Source of the DNA: Mobula hypostoma
Taxonomy: Eukaryota
NCBI RefSeq assembly: GCF_963921235.1
Contig: NC_086097.1
Coordinates: 142,106,001 to 142,170,000, forward strand
Direction of reading: 5' to 3'
DNA: 64,000 nt
Part shown: positions 13,961 through 26,280 of the stretch, piece after piece
Position numbering within the stretch: position 1 is the stretch's first letter
How the letters are laid out: each line of letters opens with the position of its first letter
Program-made: the position numbers and the translations under genes
The notes under the pieces: model-generated
Told to the model about the DNA's origin: nothing
Database searches by the model: none
The model's input: only the letters and a program-made list of their open reading frames with translations

Positions 13961-16008
13961 CAAAGTTTTGTGATTTTATTACCTTATCATTTAATTGGTT
14001 ATTTCTATTGCACTGCAAAGCATGTTCTGTGCTAATGGAACTGATTTCCTTTCAGTAGCCAAAAATGTTTTTAAGAAACATAATTTTAGTTGGAACTACA
14101 GTAACAAGTCCAAAAGGGGAACATTTCCCTGAGATTAGGTCAGTGACTATACGGATCCTCCAAGTGAACATTCAAATCTGAAAGTAAAGGAAATATTGTG
14201 GAAAGAGGTTGGGATCTCCTCACAATGCATAATCATAAGCTTCAATCTTTATGGGAATTCTAGGGGCAAGGGGGAATGAGAAGCTTCATGAATAACATCT
14301 ATCTACACGCATAAGGAGTGAAGTCACTGGGAAAACAACGTCATTTGCAACAATTTCAGTACCTGAGGGAAGCACTGACGGGAGGGTGAAATCTGAAGGG
14401 TTTATAGGATAACATTAGGATTTGAAATGGTAGGGAGGGAGATCCCTGGGATTACAACAGTATTTTTAAAGAAGGATGACTGAGAATGGTATTTATTTGT
14501 CTTGCACCTTTATAAAGCTTGATAAATCTTTGAATTATCAAGCAGCTTCAACTATTTAAACACAAATGGAATAGCACCTATTTCTCTACAGGATTCCTGT
14601 AAACCATTTATTTGAATACGCAGGAATGGCCTTTTTTGGGTGCTGTATACACTCACTGCTACATTCAAAGATATCACAAAGCACAACAAAAATCTCCCAC
14701 ACTCTTAATGGGTTAAGCCCTTCACTGCAGCTGATCTGTAGCATTGTTCACTTTGAGCATGAAGAATTGACTGATTAGCACTTGTCTCTTCATCAACTAT
14801 AAGATTATTCCACATGGTTAGAGCCCTCAAACATTAGTTAGCAGTGCAGTAAATATTAACAGGGAAGTTTTAGCTTTAAAGTGGAACAAGATATACATGC
14901 AAACAATATCCATTCATACAGCTTTTAAAAAATAGGTTGGTAACTTATATATTCTGTAATTAAGCTCTTTGGACTAGTAAAGTACTGATTTAAGTTCTGA
15001 TATATTTTCCTTAAAAGTGGTTCATCCTTGACAGCATTTCTCAATAGTCTATTAGAAATATTTTGATTTTTCAATTCTTCACTTCAACTCCTATTGGTCA
15101 CATCACAGCCTTGCACTAGTGTATGTTCTTCACAGGACAAAATTAAAGACAAAGACCAAGTGAGTAAGCATATCAAGCACAAAGCCATCTGTACTTAACC
15201 ACATACCTTAAGCAAAGAACAGAAATAGAAATCACATAGTTTCTCTCTCTTTAGCTATGATTTACCGAAGACTTTCAAGCACACGTACGACTGGTATTGG
15301 TTAACTCAAAATAGAAAGAATGATCAGTAGCTCTCTTAATTCATGTGATTTTTAATGTTCTTCACAGTTTGATGCCACAAGCAAATAAATGAAGGAGCTC
15401 ATGTCACATCATTTCAATTCTGAGTCCACACAATCTAATGCCATCTGAGTTATGGCTTTTAGCTAATGCATTAAGGTCAAAATACTTCAACAGTCATCAT
15501 CAGTACACTCAGAAATATGTGCAACCATAGCGTAAAGAAATAATAAAACAGCTCATTCATATTACAAAGCTAATGGCAGCAATTCTCGAATTGGAAACAA
15601 TAGTAAATTACAATGCAAAATTATGAGTGTAAACTGAATGCACAAGCCTTCATTTAGAAGCAACACACAGAATTACATTTCTATGACGCGTCACATTTTG
15701 GTATCTGGTTGTAGAGATTGCTAAGCATCTCACAGTACTCTTCCATACAACCCGTTTTTCAACATGTCATCGACAGGAGACAGTGTAAAGTACACACTGT
15801 CAGAGAAGAGTCTGTATCTTCTCACAGACACAGCTGCATATACAGCTTCCGTTATGAGCCATGGCTACTCTTCCTTTCCTTTGTCCCAACTATACCTCAG
15901 AAAAAATGCAATTCAAACACAAAATATTGAAAGCAGTTTTCTTTAAGAATTTAGACTCCTTATTCTGCTACATAATCTTTGATAGTTTCTGATCACATTT
16001 CTCCTCAC

Positions 16009-17791
16009 CTGGAATGTTATCCGGTTTGTGGTTAGTGGCCATAGTAGAACTGAGGCTTGAATCCTTCGAACCTGTGGACTCACTTAGCTCTGCATTCCTC
16101 CCTATTTCTGCTTTTGAGCTTTCAACAGAGCTATGGGGAGAACTGGATACCAAGGGCTGCTGTTGCCCTGAAGAGCCGGCAACACTTTTTCTACACCCAG
16201 TTTCTTGCCGAATACTCATCTGTGCTAGTTCTTGCGGCATTTGTGCTGCCTGTTCAGGCTTGTAATGTGTCATTTCAATTTTCTGAGATGTTTCACTGGC
16301 ATTACAGATGGTTCCAGTAAAGGAAGAATTTTTGAACATGGGGTCATGCGGACTTTCTTGGGAAAGGGGAAATGTCTTGTAATTATTGACTTCATTTGTT
16401 TCTTTCCCCAGTGAAAGAACTTGGTCTGAGCCCACTGAGGTGTTCTTCTGAAGGTTAGTGCAGAGACTGTTCTGTTCTTTTTTGCCATGAAACATTTCTT
16501 CTGTAATCTTACTGCTGCTGAACTCGGGGATTTTTTCCAGTTTCCCATGGCAAAATGGAGCAGTAATACCATCTTTTGTATCTGGGGTAACATCAAGTCC
16601 CTTATTTCTCTCTTTCCCATGTCCTTCATCAGCAAGCTGGCCAAACTGTAATTCTGCTGCAGGTTGATCACTGCCAAAGCTGTAAACTGGGATTTGCTCC
16701 TCTGCCACAGTCATCGATCGCTTAACCTGTGATATTGGACACTTCCGGCTGGCAGTAGCTGCAGGCTGGGTGCTGGGAGAAATTGCTGACTGGTCCATTG
16801 AATTGTCTGGAGATTCTGTTAGCAAGGGTTCTGGATATTTCTCAGTGATGCCGAAACTTGAGGGAACAGACAAGTGTGAGCATTCCGACATTGCACGCCG
16901 CATCATCTTTCTCTGTTGGGTAGCCCTGTTAGCTGTATCATCATTTACTAAATCAATCTTTATACCTTCATTGAGTTCAAGTGACTCATTCAAAGGATTG
17001 ATATTGGATAGATCTTGCTCACAATCCACCATAGTTGGGGTTTCCGACTTCTGTATTGTTAATGTACACGCGGGGACATTTTTAGATTGGACGTCCGTTT
17101 CATTCGTCGTGGACATATCATCTTTAGATTCTGCCATTTGCTTGCAGTTTAAGTCCATATTGTCTGGCACAAAATTAGGGTTCCACACACTAAATTCATC
17201 TTTCTTTATATTTTGTGTAAGATTACCAAATACACGGGATGGATTTGTCATTTTGGTATCTGAGGGATAACTTGCCAGCTCCCCTTCCTTGTCAGTTCTC
17301 TCTTCTGCAATGTTCTTTTCCATTTCTTTCTTACCTGTCTCCTTATCCATAGCACTCACCTGCGTGCTAATAGCAGTTTGGCTCCCTTCATTTCTGACTG
17401 GATTCATTTTCTTTATGCTTTCATCTGAGACGAGATTAGCAGAGGAAGTAGCCCAGCTTCCGAATAATTCCTTAGTCTGAACCTCACCAGCCACGCTTTT
17501 CTGTTCTATGCCTCCTGCTGTCATTCCAAAGAAGCCTAGTTTGTCTTCATCTGTGAGAGAAACATGCTTAATGAGACCATCTTTAGCTGGAGCCGATGCT
17601 GCTGAGCTCGACTCAACTTTCAGATTGCTGCTGCACTGCTCCTCTGTTCTGTGCCATTCCCATTCAGATTGGCTCCAGTTCTTTTGAGGCTGTGTGCACG
17701 GATGTTTGTCAGAGAAACAATCAGCAGGCTTAGGTTTGCAGAGATCAGTGTAATCGGTGCAAGGCGCAGGCGGCTGGTTACTGACAGACAT
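16009..17791 (-). CDS. MAP4: MAP4 alternative first coding exon (oMAP4-like projection domain; 594 codons + 1 nt)
   Basis: ATG at 17791 (MSVSNQPP) with an in-frame stop upstream at 17873-75. Donor CCA G|GTGAGG at 16009 is phase 1 and joins exon 3767 in frame. Motifs EWHRTE, KLGFFG, WNPNF, QQRKMMRRAMSECSHLSVP, EKYPE, KRSMTVAEEQ and HGKLEKIPE match the recalled mouse MAP4 isoform starting MSLPEKQP. Confidence 0.88.
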
Positions 17792-17863
17792 CTCAGCAGG
17801 CTTTTCTTTACACAGCACAAGCAATGCAGTCTGTGTGTTTGCCTGACTGATTATGTCTGAGAA

Positions 17864-18224
17864 GCTGTGACATCACAGCACATCCTGTATTCCTACAACA
17901 AAACTATTTTTTTTTGCATTTAATACAATGTATCCCTCCGCCAAATTAATCCAGCTGCTGCATTTCACTGTACCGCTCACTCTCTGCATCCCTCCCTCCT
18001 CCCCCCCACCCCAATCAGTGCCTCTGTTTTCAACCTCTGGAAGTTCTATTATCAGAAAAGCTTTCAGAAAAGCACATGACAGCAAGATACAGATTTGGAT
18101 ATTTAAATTGTTGTTATGTACAACACATAAGATATGGGAGGACCTCACTAATTTCATGCTCTTCACCTCAACATCAGCCTCATTTATTTTCAAGAAGATG
18201 GCCAATGATGTGATACACCAGCTG
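17864..18224 (-). promoter_or_regulatory. Candidate internal promoter for the alternative first exon
   Basis: Repeat-free region upstream of the ATG. Contains palindrome GCTGTGA-CA-TCACAGC (17864-79, including TGACATCA), E-boxes CAGCTG (17952-57, 18219-24), a C-rich/CCACCC box (17990-18012) and CCAAT (18011-15). Motif presence only. Confidence 0.4.
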
Positions 18225-18504
18225 AACTCCACTTAACCCTCTGAGTGCTGAGCTCAATATACCAGCTTTTAAAAATCCTTGAACATACTCTAATACAAGG
18301 CATTAGTGGCAGTACCCTTAATAAATAACAGCATTTGCAGATGGAACACTTCTCAATAAGCCTTTCTCAAAATAGGTATTATTTAGTCTTTCCTCATTGC
18401 AAAATACTCTCCCTTCCCCCATCTTCTTTATGTAGGGATTTCTTTGCACAGTGCCTAGAAACAAGGCCTGTTATGGACACATATTTTAAGAGAAACTATA
18501 GAAT

Positions 18505-18605
18505 TATTAGATTAGATTATGAGGACACGCAGTCCTCTTTTATTGTCATTTAGTAATGCATACATTAAGAAATGATACAATGTTTGTCTAGTACGATATC
18601 GCAGA
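18505..18605 (-). mobile_element. 3' tip of the same retroposon family as 24748-25277
   Basis: Minus strand reads aaatgacaataaaagaggactgcgtgtcctcataatctaatctaat. Confidence 0.7.
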
Positions 18606-18625
18606 ATTATATTTAAAAAACCAGC

Positions 18626-18962
18626 ATAGAAACATAGAAAACCTACAACACAACACAGGCACTTCAACCCACAATGCTGTGCCGCACATGTACCTACTTT
18701 AGAAATTACCTAGGGTTACCCATAGCCCTCTATTTTTCTAAGCTCCATGTACCTATCCAGGAGTGTCTTTAAAGATCCTACTGTATCTGCCTCCACCACC
18801 GTTGCAGGCAGCGCATTCCATGTCCTCACCACTCTCTGCCTAAAAAACTTACCCCTGACATCTCCTCTGAATCTACTTCCAAGCAACTTAAAAACTGTGC
18901 CCTCTCGTGTTAGCCATTTCAGCCCTGGGAAAAAGCCTCTGACTATCCACATGATCAATGCA
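18626..18962 (-). mobile_element. CR1 3' fragment
   Basis: RGKFFRQRVVRTWNALP remnant and an (tttctatg)-type tail. Confidence 0.9.
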
Positions 18963-19482
18963 TGTGCTTTACAAGTACAGCTTCTCCTCAGCACTGATTT
19001 ATTCTGCCATTGTTCCAAAGCCATGCAATTTCAGTTCAGGCTAGTATCAATAGTATCAAGCAAGGCACATCAATATGACAACAATTTCCTCAGTCTTTCT
19101 CACTGTACTGTTCCACCCCAGTTCCCTCTTGGAAACTCTTTAACAATAGAATCAAGGTTATTCCAACATCAATCATAGAGACGCAGTACAAAGGCTATGC
19201 TTGTGTACGTCCACATTCAAAGGTCAATCTCCTAGTCACTGTCAACCCAATCAAGGAGGCATATGAAACAATGGGCCTTACATTTAACATGCACAAAAAA
19301 CAAAGATCGTCTACCAACCTGCTCTTGTTATACACCATCACTTCATTTAAAGGAAGGAGAAACAAGGTTATTATTTCAGCTCAAGAACCTGAAACATTGA
19401 CTCTGTTTTGTTCCCACAGATGCAGCTTGATCTGTTGAGATTCCTCATCATTTCAGCAGATATTTGATTTTCAATCCTTGTA

Positions 19483-21063
19483 CAGGTGTCCGCTTTTCGA
19501 ACGTTCGCTTTACAAACCCTCACTGTTACGAAAGACCCACATTAGTACCCTGTTTTCGCTTTCAGAAGGTGTTTTCACTGTTACGAAAAAAAGCAGCGCA
19601 TGATAAAAAATCAGCGCACAATAAAAGGCAGCGCGCGCCCCGAGCAGCCGCTCTCCCCCAGGATTCGGAACGGCATTTCAGCGGCATTGCTTAAACACAT
19701 GCCTGTGAGCAGCCATTAGCAAGATGAGTTCTATGGTATCGGAAAAGCCTAAAAGAGCTCGTAAGGGTGTTACACTTAGCGTAAAACTAGACATAATTAA
19801 GCGTTTCGATCATGGTGAACGAAGTAAGGACAAAGTGTGTGGCTTGTGGAAGCTGACGAACATGATGTTGAAGCGGTTTTGGCATCCCATGACCAAGATC
19901 TGATAGATGAAGAGCTGATGCAATTGGAAGAAAAAAGGATAACAATTGAAACCGAATGAGTAATGATAAATTACGACTTTAATTTTGAAAGGGTACGTTG
20001 GTTTAGGGGATATTTGCAGGATGGTTTGAGTCCTTACAAAGAACTGTGCAATAGAAAAACACGCGAGGCTCAGCAGACAAGCAAGCCTTCCACATCAGCC
20101 ACAGCAGACTACGAACCTCGACCTTCGACATCGAGGCGGGCAAAGATAGAAGATGTGCTGCCTACCCTAATGGAAACAGACGATGACGAGATGACACCCC
20201 AGTGTCCCACCACCCCAACCCCCAGGCCACGACAGATACCGATTCGCGGAGAATGCAGCAGTAGCCGGGAGGCACACAGCACATCTTTAAGAAAAAAGCC
20301 GAAATAAACATGCTAATTAATTAGGCGCCGCCTGACACATAATTGTCGGCCCAAATCAGAGATGACGCAATCGGCACTGATCTGGGCCGAAAATTACGTG
20401 CCCGGTGGCACCTAATTAATTAGCATGTTTGTTTCGGTTTTTTTCTTAAAAGATGTCCTGTGTGCCTCCCGGCTACCGCTGGACCCCTGCATGCTTTGCG
20501 GCAATGTATCAGTCGGCGGCCTGGAGGGCGGGGGCCACTACACCACCCCAGCCTGTGACGACTCAGCCTAACACACCATCAGTGTGCTTGGCGCTGAACC
20601 AATTCCAGTAAGTGATACTACACTGTACATACATTATTTCTACTTTATATAGGCTGTGTATTTTTACATGTTATTTGGTATGATTTGGCAGCTTCACAGC
20701 TTAAAGGTTACTGGAGAGCACTTGCGCCGTGTTTTTGCCAACAGCGCTTGCGTGAGATTTTCTGCCGACGGCGCTTGCGTGAGATTTTCGCTACGGAGAA
20801 CAGTGCAGTAATGATTGTGAAAAAGTTTTTCTACTTTATATAGGCTGTGTATTTATCATATCATTCCTGCTTTTACTATATGTTACTGTTATTTTAGGTT
20901 TTATGTGTTATTTGGCACTATTTGCTAGGTTATTTTTGGGTCTGCGAACGCTCACAAAATTTTCCCATATAAATAAATGGTAATTGCTTCTTCGCTTTAC
21001 GACATTTCGGCTTACGAACTGTTTCATAGGAACGCTCTACCTTTGGATGGTGGGGGAAACCTG
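19483..21063 (+). mobile_element. Tigger/pogo-like internally deleted DNA transposon
   Basis: TA-CAGG...CCTG-TA ends with imperfect TIRs. N-terminal CENP-B/psq-like HTH remnant from ATG 19724 (MSSMVSEKPKRARKGVTLSVKLDIIKRFDHGERSKD), fused to an acidic C-terminal remnant (DVEAVLASHDQDLIDEELMQLEE). No DDD domain. Confidence 0.85.
20256..20481. repeat. Long inverted repeat: arms of about 104 bp, 17-nt loop
   Basis: 20256-20359 is reverse-complementary to 20377-20481 with about 10 mismatches by eye. Confidence 0.95.
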
Positions 21064-22504
21064 TACCATAATTGAAAATGAAGGAGGAGCATTTCAGATA
21101 GCACTGTTTGCTGCTGCTATCTCTATCAAACTGGCACAAAACATCAGTATCAACAGAAATGCTGCCACAGGGCAATCAGTATCTGAACTCTCATGGACAC
21201 TGAAGGAGGATCTTTTTAAAAAGCACTTCACAGACAATCTGTTGAATTCAAGCCAAGAGAGATACAAAGTCAGTACTGAGTACAGATTGGTTTGGTTCAC
21301 CATAATTGTTACCTGTGAATGAGCTCTTGGTTTTTCTACCAAGAAAATGCAGGACAACCATATAAACTGGAGATAACTGAAGGGATATTAAGGAGGTACT
21401 AAATATGAAAGAAAGAATAAACTATTTCCTCAAACATACTCCATCATTCAATTACCATCCCTTTTCCTGTAGTCTTTATGATCTTAAAAATGTCTCAAAT
21501 TTAAAACTAGCTATATATCTAGCATCAAGTGATATTTATAAAAGAAACAATCTTCTACCACTCAACATCTGCAGCAATGCTTTCTAACTTCATTCCTGAA
21601 AAGCTTGATTCTAATTTAATTTGGGTCACCTAGACCTAGACTCAGCAAGCAGAGAAAATAGTTTATCTTGCATAGGTACATGGAGGGGAAGGACTTGGAG
21701 GGTTATAAGCTGAACACCAACAACTGTGACTAGCAGGGAGGATGTTGTGGTCAGCATGAACTGGTTGAGCCAAAGGGCCTGCTCCGGTGTAGTATTACTC
21801 TGTGACTATCTATACCTAGCTCATTAACTTCACTTAATATCTTGAAAACATTAATCAAACTACCCCTCAAACATTCCCTCCAGCAAATACAACCCAAGAG
21901 AGGTAAAATTCCTCATAATTTAACCATTGGTGTTTAGATATCATTGTGATAAATCTATCTATACTCATTCCCAAGGTTAGTACACAAAATCTAAATGCTG
22001 TATCAGAACTTTTCACACTACTCCTGGTGTAGTCCAATTAGACTTCTCTATAGCAATAGAATAACGGTGACCTCTTCTAATCCACAAATATAAGAGTAGA
22101 TTTTCAGCTTTTTTAATAGTTATTTTCGACGATTGGCCATGATATTTCAATGATCTTGTTCGTTACTCCATGCCTTCTTGGATGAGTAGCTTTGACATTT
22201 TCATCATTCAAAAAGTACTGTTCTTTTTAAATCCAGTTTGAATAATATCCTACGAGTCCATATGCAAGCTCAATTTGGCAATTTTTGTCAAAAACTGAAT
22301 TTCTAATGTTTAGATAATCTGCTCATAATGCCTATCTTTGAACCATTGGTAAACTGATCTATCCCAGCAACTAAGTCACTTATGAATAAATACTGTGAAT
22401 AACTGTAGTCCCAACACAAACTTGAGAGGCACAGCCAGTCACATCCTAATAATTTGATAGATCTGTACATTCTCCATTGTGGGTAATGTACATGATCCCA
22501 TCAC

Positions 22505-22765
22505 AGAGGACACAGTTTTAAGGTGCTTGGAAGTAGGAACAGAGGAGATATCAGGGGTAAGTTTTTTTTTACGCACAGAGTGGTGAGTGCGTGGAATGGA
22601 CTGCCAGCAATGGTGATGGAGGCGGATACAATACGGTCTTTTAAGAGACTCCTGGATAGGTACATGGACCTTAGAAAAATAGAGGGCTATGGGTAACCAT
22701 AGGTAATTTCTAAAGTAAGTACATGTTCGGCACAGCATTTTGGGCCAAAGGGCCTGTATTGTGCT
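22505..22765 (+). mobile_element. CR1 3' fragment
   Basis: Same subfamily as 18626-18962 (inverted), 33930-34866 and 55805-56247. Confidence 0.88.
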
Positions 22766-22859
22766 GTAGATTTACTATGTTTCTATCCCTGTTGTCTTCT
22801 TCCCCTCAGCCATTTTTTTTAAGCCAGGTTGGTAGTTTCCACTTCCCCTCACACTCCAC

Positions 22860-23040
22860 CCCCCAAGCCTTTTTATTCTGGCATCTTTCCCCTTCCTTCT
22901 CAGTCCAGAAGAAGGGTCTCAGTCTGAAACATCAACTGTTTATTCTTTTCCATTGATACTTTTTGACCTTCTGAGTTCCTCTAGCATTTTCTGTGTGTCG
23001 TTTTGGATTTCCAGCATGTGCAGAGTTTCTCATGTTTCTC
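22860..23040 (+). mobile_element. Old Penelope-like 3' fragment with a decayed hammerhead motif
   Basis: cagtc-CAGAAGA-agggtctcagtct-GAAA-catcaactg followed by the typical PLE end (...ggatttccagcatgtgcagag). Confidence 0.7.
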
Positions 23041-24005
23041 ACTTCCCTGCTACCCTATGAGCTCCAACATTAACATGGAGCCCATATGAAATGCATCACT
23101 CTGCAGTTCCCTTTCAACCACTTGCACCATCCCTTCAGTAAGGTCATTCAGGTTTATCAGGCATGTCTATTCTTCACATGCCATAAGTTTTTCTGGTCAA
23201 CTTCATTTATTGTTACTACATCTTCAAACTGAAAACTCTTAATTTCCCAACACTGATAAGCTAAACTGACCGTAATTCCTTGGTTATATCTGTTTCTTAA
23301 ATGGCAAAGCGATATGAAAAATATTTTAAAAATAGCACCATTACAAAGTGAATTTGGAAGATTATCATCATGATTATGCTCCTACGCAAGTTCTTCAGAA
23401 CATAGGACTTTGGTAAGTACTGTACCTTGTTTATGTTAACTTCATCAAGTCACACCTTTTTTCTTCTTTCCCAAATTATTAAACACCTGCGATTATCATT
23501 ATACACCCTGTAATTGATATTATTAATGTCCTACTATCTTTTTCCTCAAGTATAAACATTAAAATAATTTTGACATTCTTTGCAAATGCTCTTTTCATAC
23601 CATCTCTTATATATATTATTACCTATGTAATCATTTTAAAATTGTTCTTTGTATTTCCTGCGGTTGCTGGGTCTACAGAAATTTCTAGATTGTTGGTGTT
23701 TTTTATTTAATTTTTTTAAATGTTCTACATAGTTTTTTTGTTTGGACAGTTTGGCATACCAAACAGATTCAGATTAAATTAAATCATTTTTAGATACCTC
23801 CCACAGATTTCTGTTTATTCAGTTAGCAAAATTACCAGAAACTGTCCATCAACAAATTTGCTTAATTTACCAAATTTCTGAATTGTCCTTTGACACAGAA
23901 GTCAATGACCCCTAAATTTAAATGTATTTCTCCTTTTCAAACATCATAAGCTATCTTTCTCACATGAGCTAATCTGCTTCCTCCAATCTTTACGAAACAT
24001 ACATA

Positions 24006-24101
24006 CAGTGCCCATAAAAAGTATTCATCCGCCTTGGAAGTTTTCATGTATAATTGTTTTACAAGATTTATTCACAGTGGATTTAATTTGGCTTTTTTTG
24101 A
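24006..24101 (+). mobile_element. Tc1-like terminal repeat fragment
   Basis: TA-cagtgcccataaaaagtattcatccgccttggaag, a Tc1-type end. Truncated by the CR1 fragment that follows. Confidence 0.65.
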
Positions 24102-24545
24102 TTACAGGATGTTGCCAGAACTAGAAGACCTGAGTTACAAGGAAAAATTAAATAGGTTAAGACTTTATCCTTGGAACATAAAGGACTGCAAAGAGATTTG
24201 ATAGAGGTATACAAAATTATGAGCAATATAGATAGGGTAAATGCAAGCAGGCCTTTTCCACTGAGATTGGGTGGGACTACAACCAGAGGTCATGGGTTAA
24301 GGGTGAAAGGTGAAAAGTTTAAGGGAAAGCTGAGGGGAAACTTCTTCACTTAGAGGGTCGTGAGAGTGTGGAACGAGCTGCTGGCATAAGTGGTGCATGC
24401 AAGCTCAATTTCAACGTTCATGAGAAGTTTGGATAGGTACATGGATGGTAGGGGAAGGAGGTCTATGGCCTGGGTGCAGTTCGATAGGAGTAGGCATTTT
24501 AAATGGTTTGGAATAGGCTCGATGGCTGCATATTTCTATGACTTT
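24102..24545 (+). mobile_element. CR1 3' fragment
   Basis: DLIEVYKIM and LRGNFFT-RVVRVWNEL remnants, ttctatgact tail. Confidence 0.85.
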
Positions 24546-24747
24546 AACCTATGGACTCTCTTTCAACTCCATCTCATATTCTCAATATTTGTTTCTTGCT
24601 TATTTATTTATCTGTTTCTTTAATTTTAATGTTTGTATATGCAGTTTGTCTTTTGTACATTGGTTGTGTGTCTGTCTTGTGTGAGTGTTTTTTCCCATTG
24701 ATTCTATTCTGTTTGTTTGTATTTTCGCTGAGTGTCCACAAGAAATG

Positions 24748-25277
24748 CCTGCTTCGCTGCTGCTGCTGCTACTGTATGGTCCGAAATCTCCTGAGGGGAA
24801 GGCCACGAGTCCTCGGCTTTGCTTGTTGCTTGGTGGCCAGGGCAGGGTCGAAGCGCTCGGCAGAGAATGGTGCTCAGAGAGGCTGTGTCGAAGGGCTGGT
24901 TGGAGGCTTGAAGTTTTCAGACAGACAGAGTCCACTGCGGTCAGGTGCTTCAAATGGTGCTGCATTGGCAAGCTTGCGGCGCTTGGAGGTTCATGGCAGG
25001 GAGAGTTTCTCCCTTCTACCGTCTGCATGAGATGATGAGGCTATCGGGACTTTGAGACTTTTTTTTAACCGTGCCCATGGTCTGCTCTTTATCAAATTAC
25101 GGTATTGCTTTGCACTGTTGTAACAATACGTTATAATTATATGGTTTTGTCTGTTTTAGTCTTGGTTTGTCCTGTGTTTCTTGTGATATCATTCTTGAGG
25201 AACATCGTATCATTTTTTAATGCAAGCTTTTCTAAATGACAATAAACGAGGACTGAATGTCTTCATAATCTAATCTA
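24748..25277 (+). mobile_element. Non-coding retroposon (SINE-like or long LINE 3' UTR) with a 3' stem-loop and (TAATC)n tail, inserted into an older LINE 3' end
   Basis: Ends aataaacGAGGACtgaatGTCTTCataatctaatct. Flanked by aagaaatg / aagaaaatg (possible TSD). GC-rich 5' half. Confidence 0.6.
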
Positions 25278-25333
25278 AGAAAATGAATCTCATGGTGGCA
25301 TATACCGTACTTCCACAATAAATTTACTTTGAA

Positions 25334-26255
25334 GTCTCCAACCATCTCCAACAGGATGGGATCCCATCACCAAGCACATCTCCCCCCCACCCCCCGACTT
25401 TCTGTTTTCCGCAGGGATCATTCCCTACACGACTCCTTTGTCCATTCATCCCTCCCCACTGATTTTCCTCCTGGCACTTATCCTTGCAAGCAGAACATGT
25501 ACTACACCTGCCCCTACACCTCCTCCCTCAGGGGCCTAAACGGTCCTTCCAGGTGAGGTGACACTTCACCTGTGAGTCTGTTGAGGTCATATATTGCATC
25601 CAGTGCTCCTGGTGTGGGCTCCTGATATGACCCACCGGTATATCGGTGAGAACCGACGTAGATTGGGAGACCACTTTGCCAAGCACCTACACTCCACCCG
25701 ACAGAAAAAGCAGGATCTCCCAGTGGCCATCCATTTTAATTCCACTTCCCATTCCGATATGTCCATCCATGGTCTCCTCCAATGTCGTGATGAGGCCTCA
25801 CTTAGGTTGGAGGAACAACACCTTGTATTCCGTTCGGGTAGCCTCCAGACTGATGGCATGAACATTGATTTCTCAAACTTCTGGTAATTCCCCTCCCCCC
25901 TCCTTCATCATTTCCTATTCTCTTTCCCCCCCCTCACCTTATCTCTTTGCCCCCCTTACTCCTCCCCTCTCTTCTTCTTCCATTGTCTTCTGTCTCTTTC
26001 ACCAATCAACTTCCCAGCTCTTCACTTCATCCCTCCCCCTTCAGGTTTCATCTACCACCTTCTGTTTCTTTCTCCACTCCCCCACCTTTTAAATCTACTC
26101 ATCAGCTTTTTTTCTCCAGTCCTACCGAAGGGTTTCAGCCCGAAACATTGACTATACTCTTTTTCATAGATGCTGCCTGGCCTGCTGAGATCCTCCAGCA
26201 TTTTGTGTGTTACTCAGATTTCCAGCATCCGCAGATTTTCTCGTTTGTGATTATA
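25334..26255 (+). mobile_element. Penelope-like element 3' fragment (GIY-YIG endonuclease remnant and terminal region)
   Basis: YIGENRRRLGDHFAKHL...PVAIHFN...RLEEQHLVFRSGSLQTDGMNIDF. 10-bp TSD ttactttgaa at 25324-33 and 26256-65. Hammerhead core mutated (CTACCGA). Confidence 0.9.
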
Positions 26256-26280
26256 TTACTTTGAAATTTGAATTTTTACA

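Noticed and set aside
19378..19460. cctgaaacattgactc as another hammerhead
   Set aside because: Only the GAAA half survives and there is no CUGANGA box. It is a decayed PLE tip.
19963..20307. 114-aa + strand ORF
   Set aside because: Remnant of the Tigger-like transposase C-terminus running into the palindrome.
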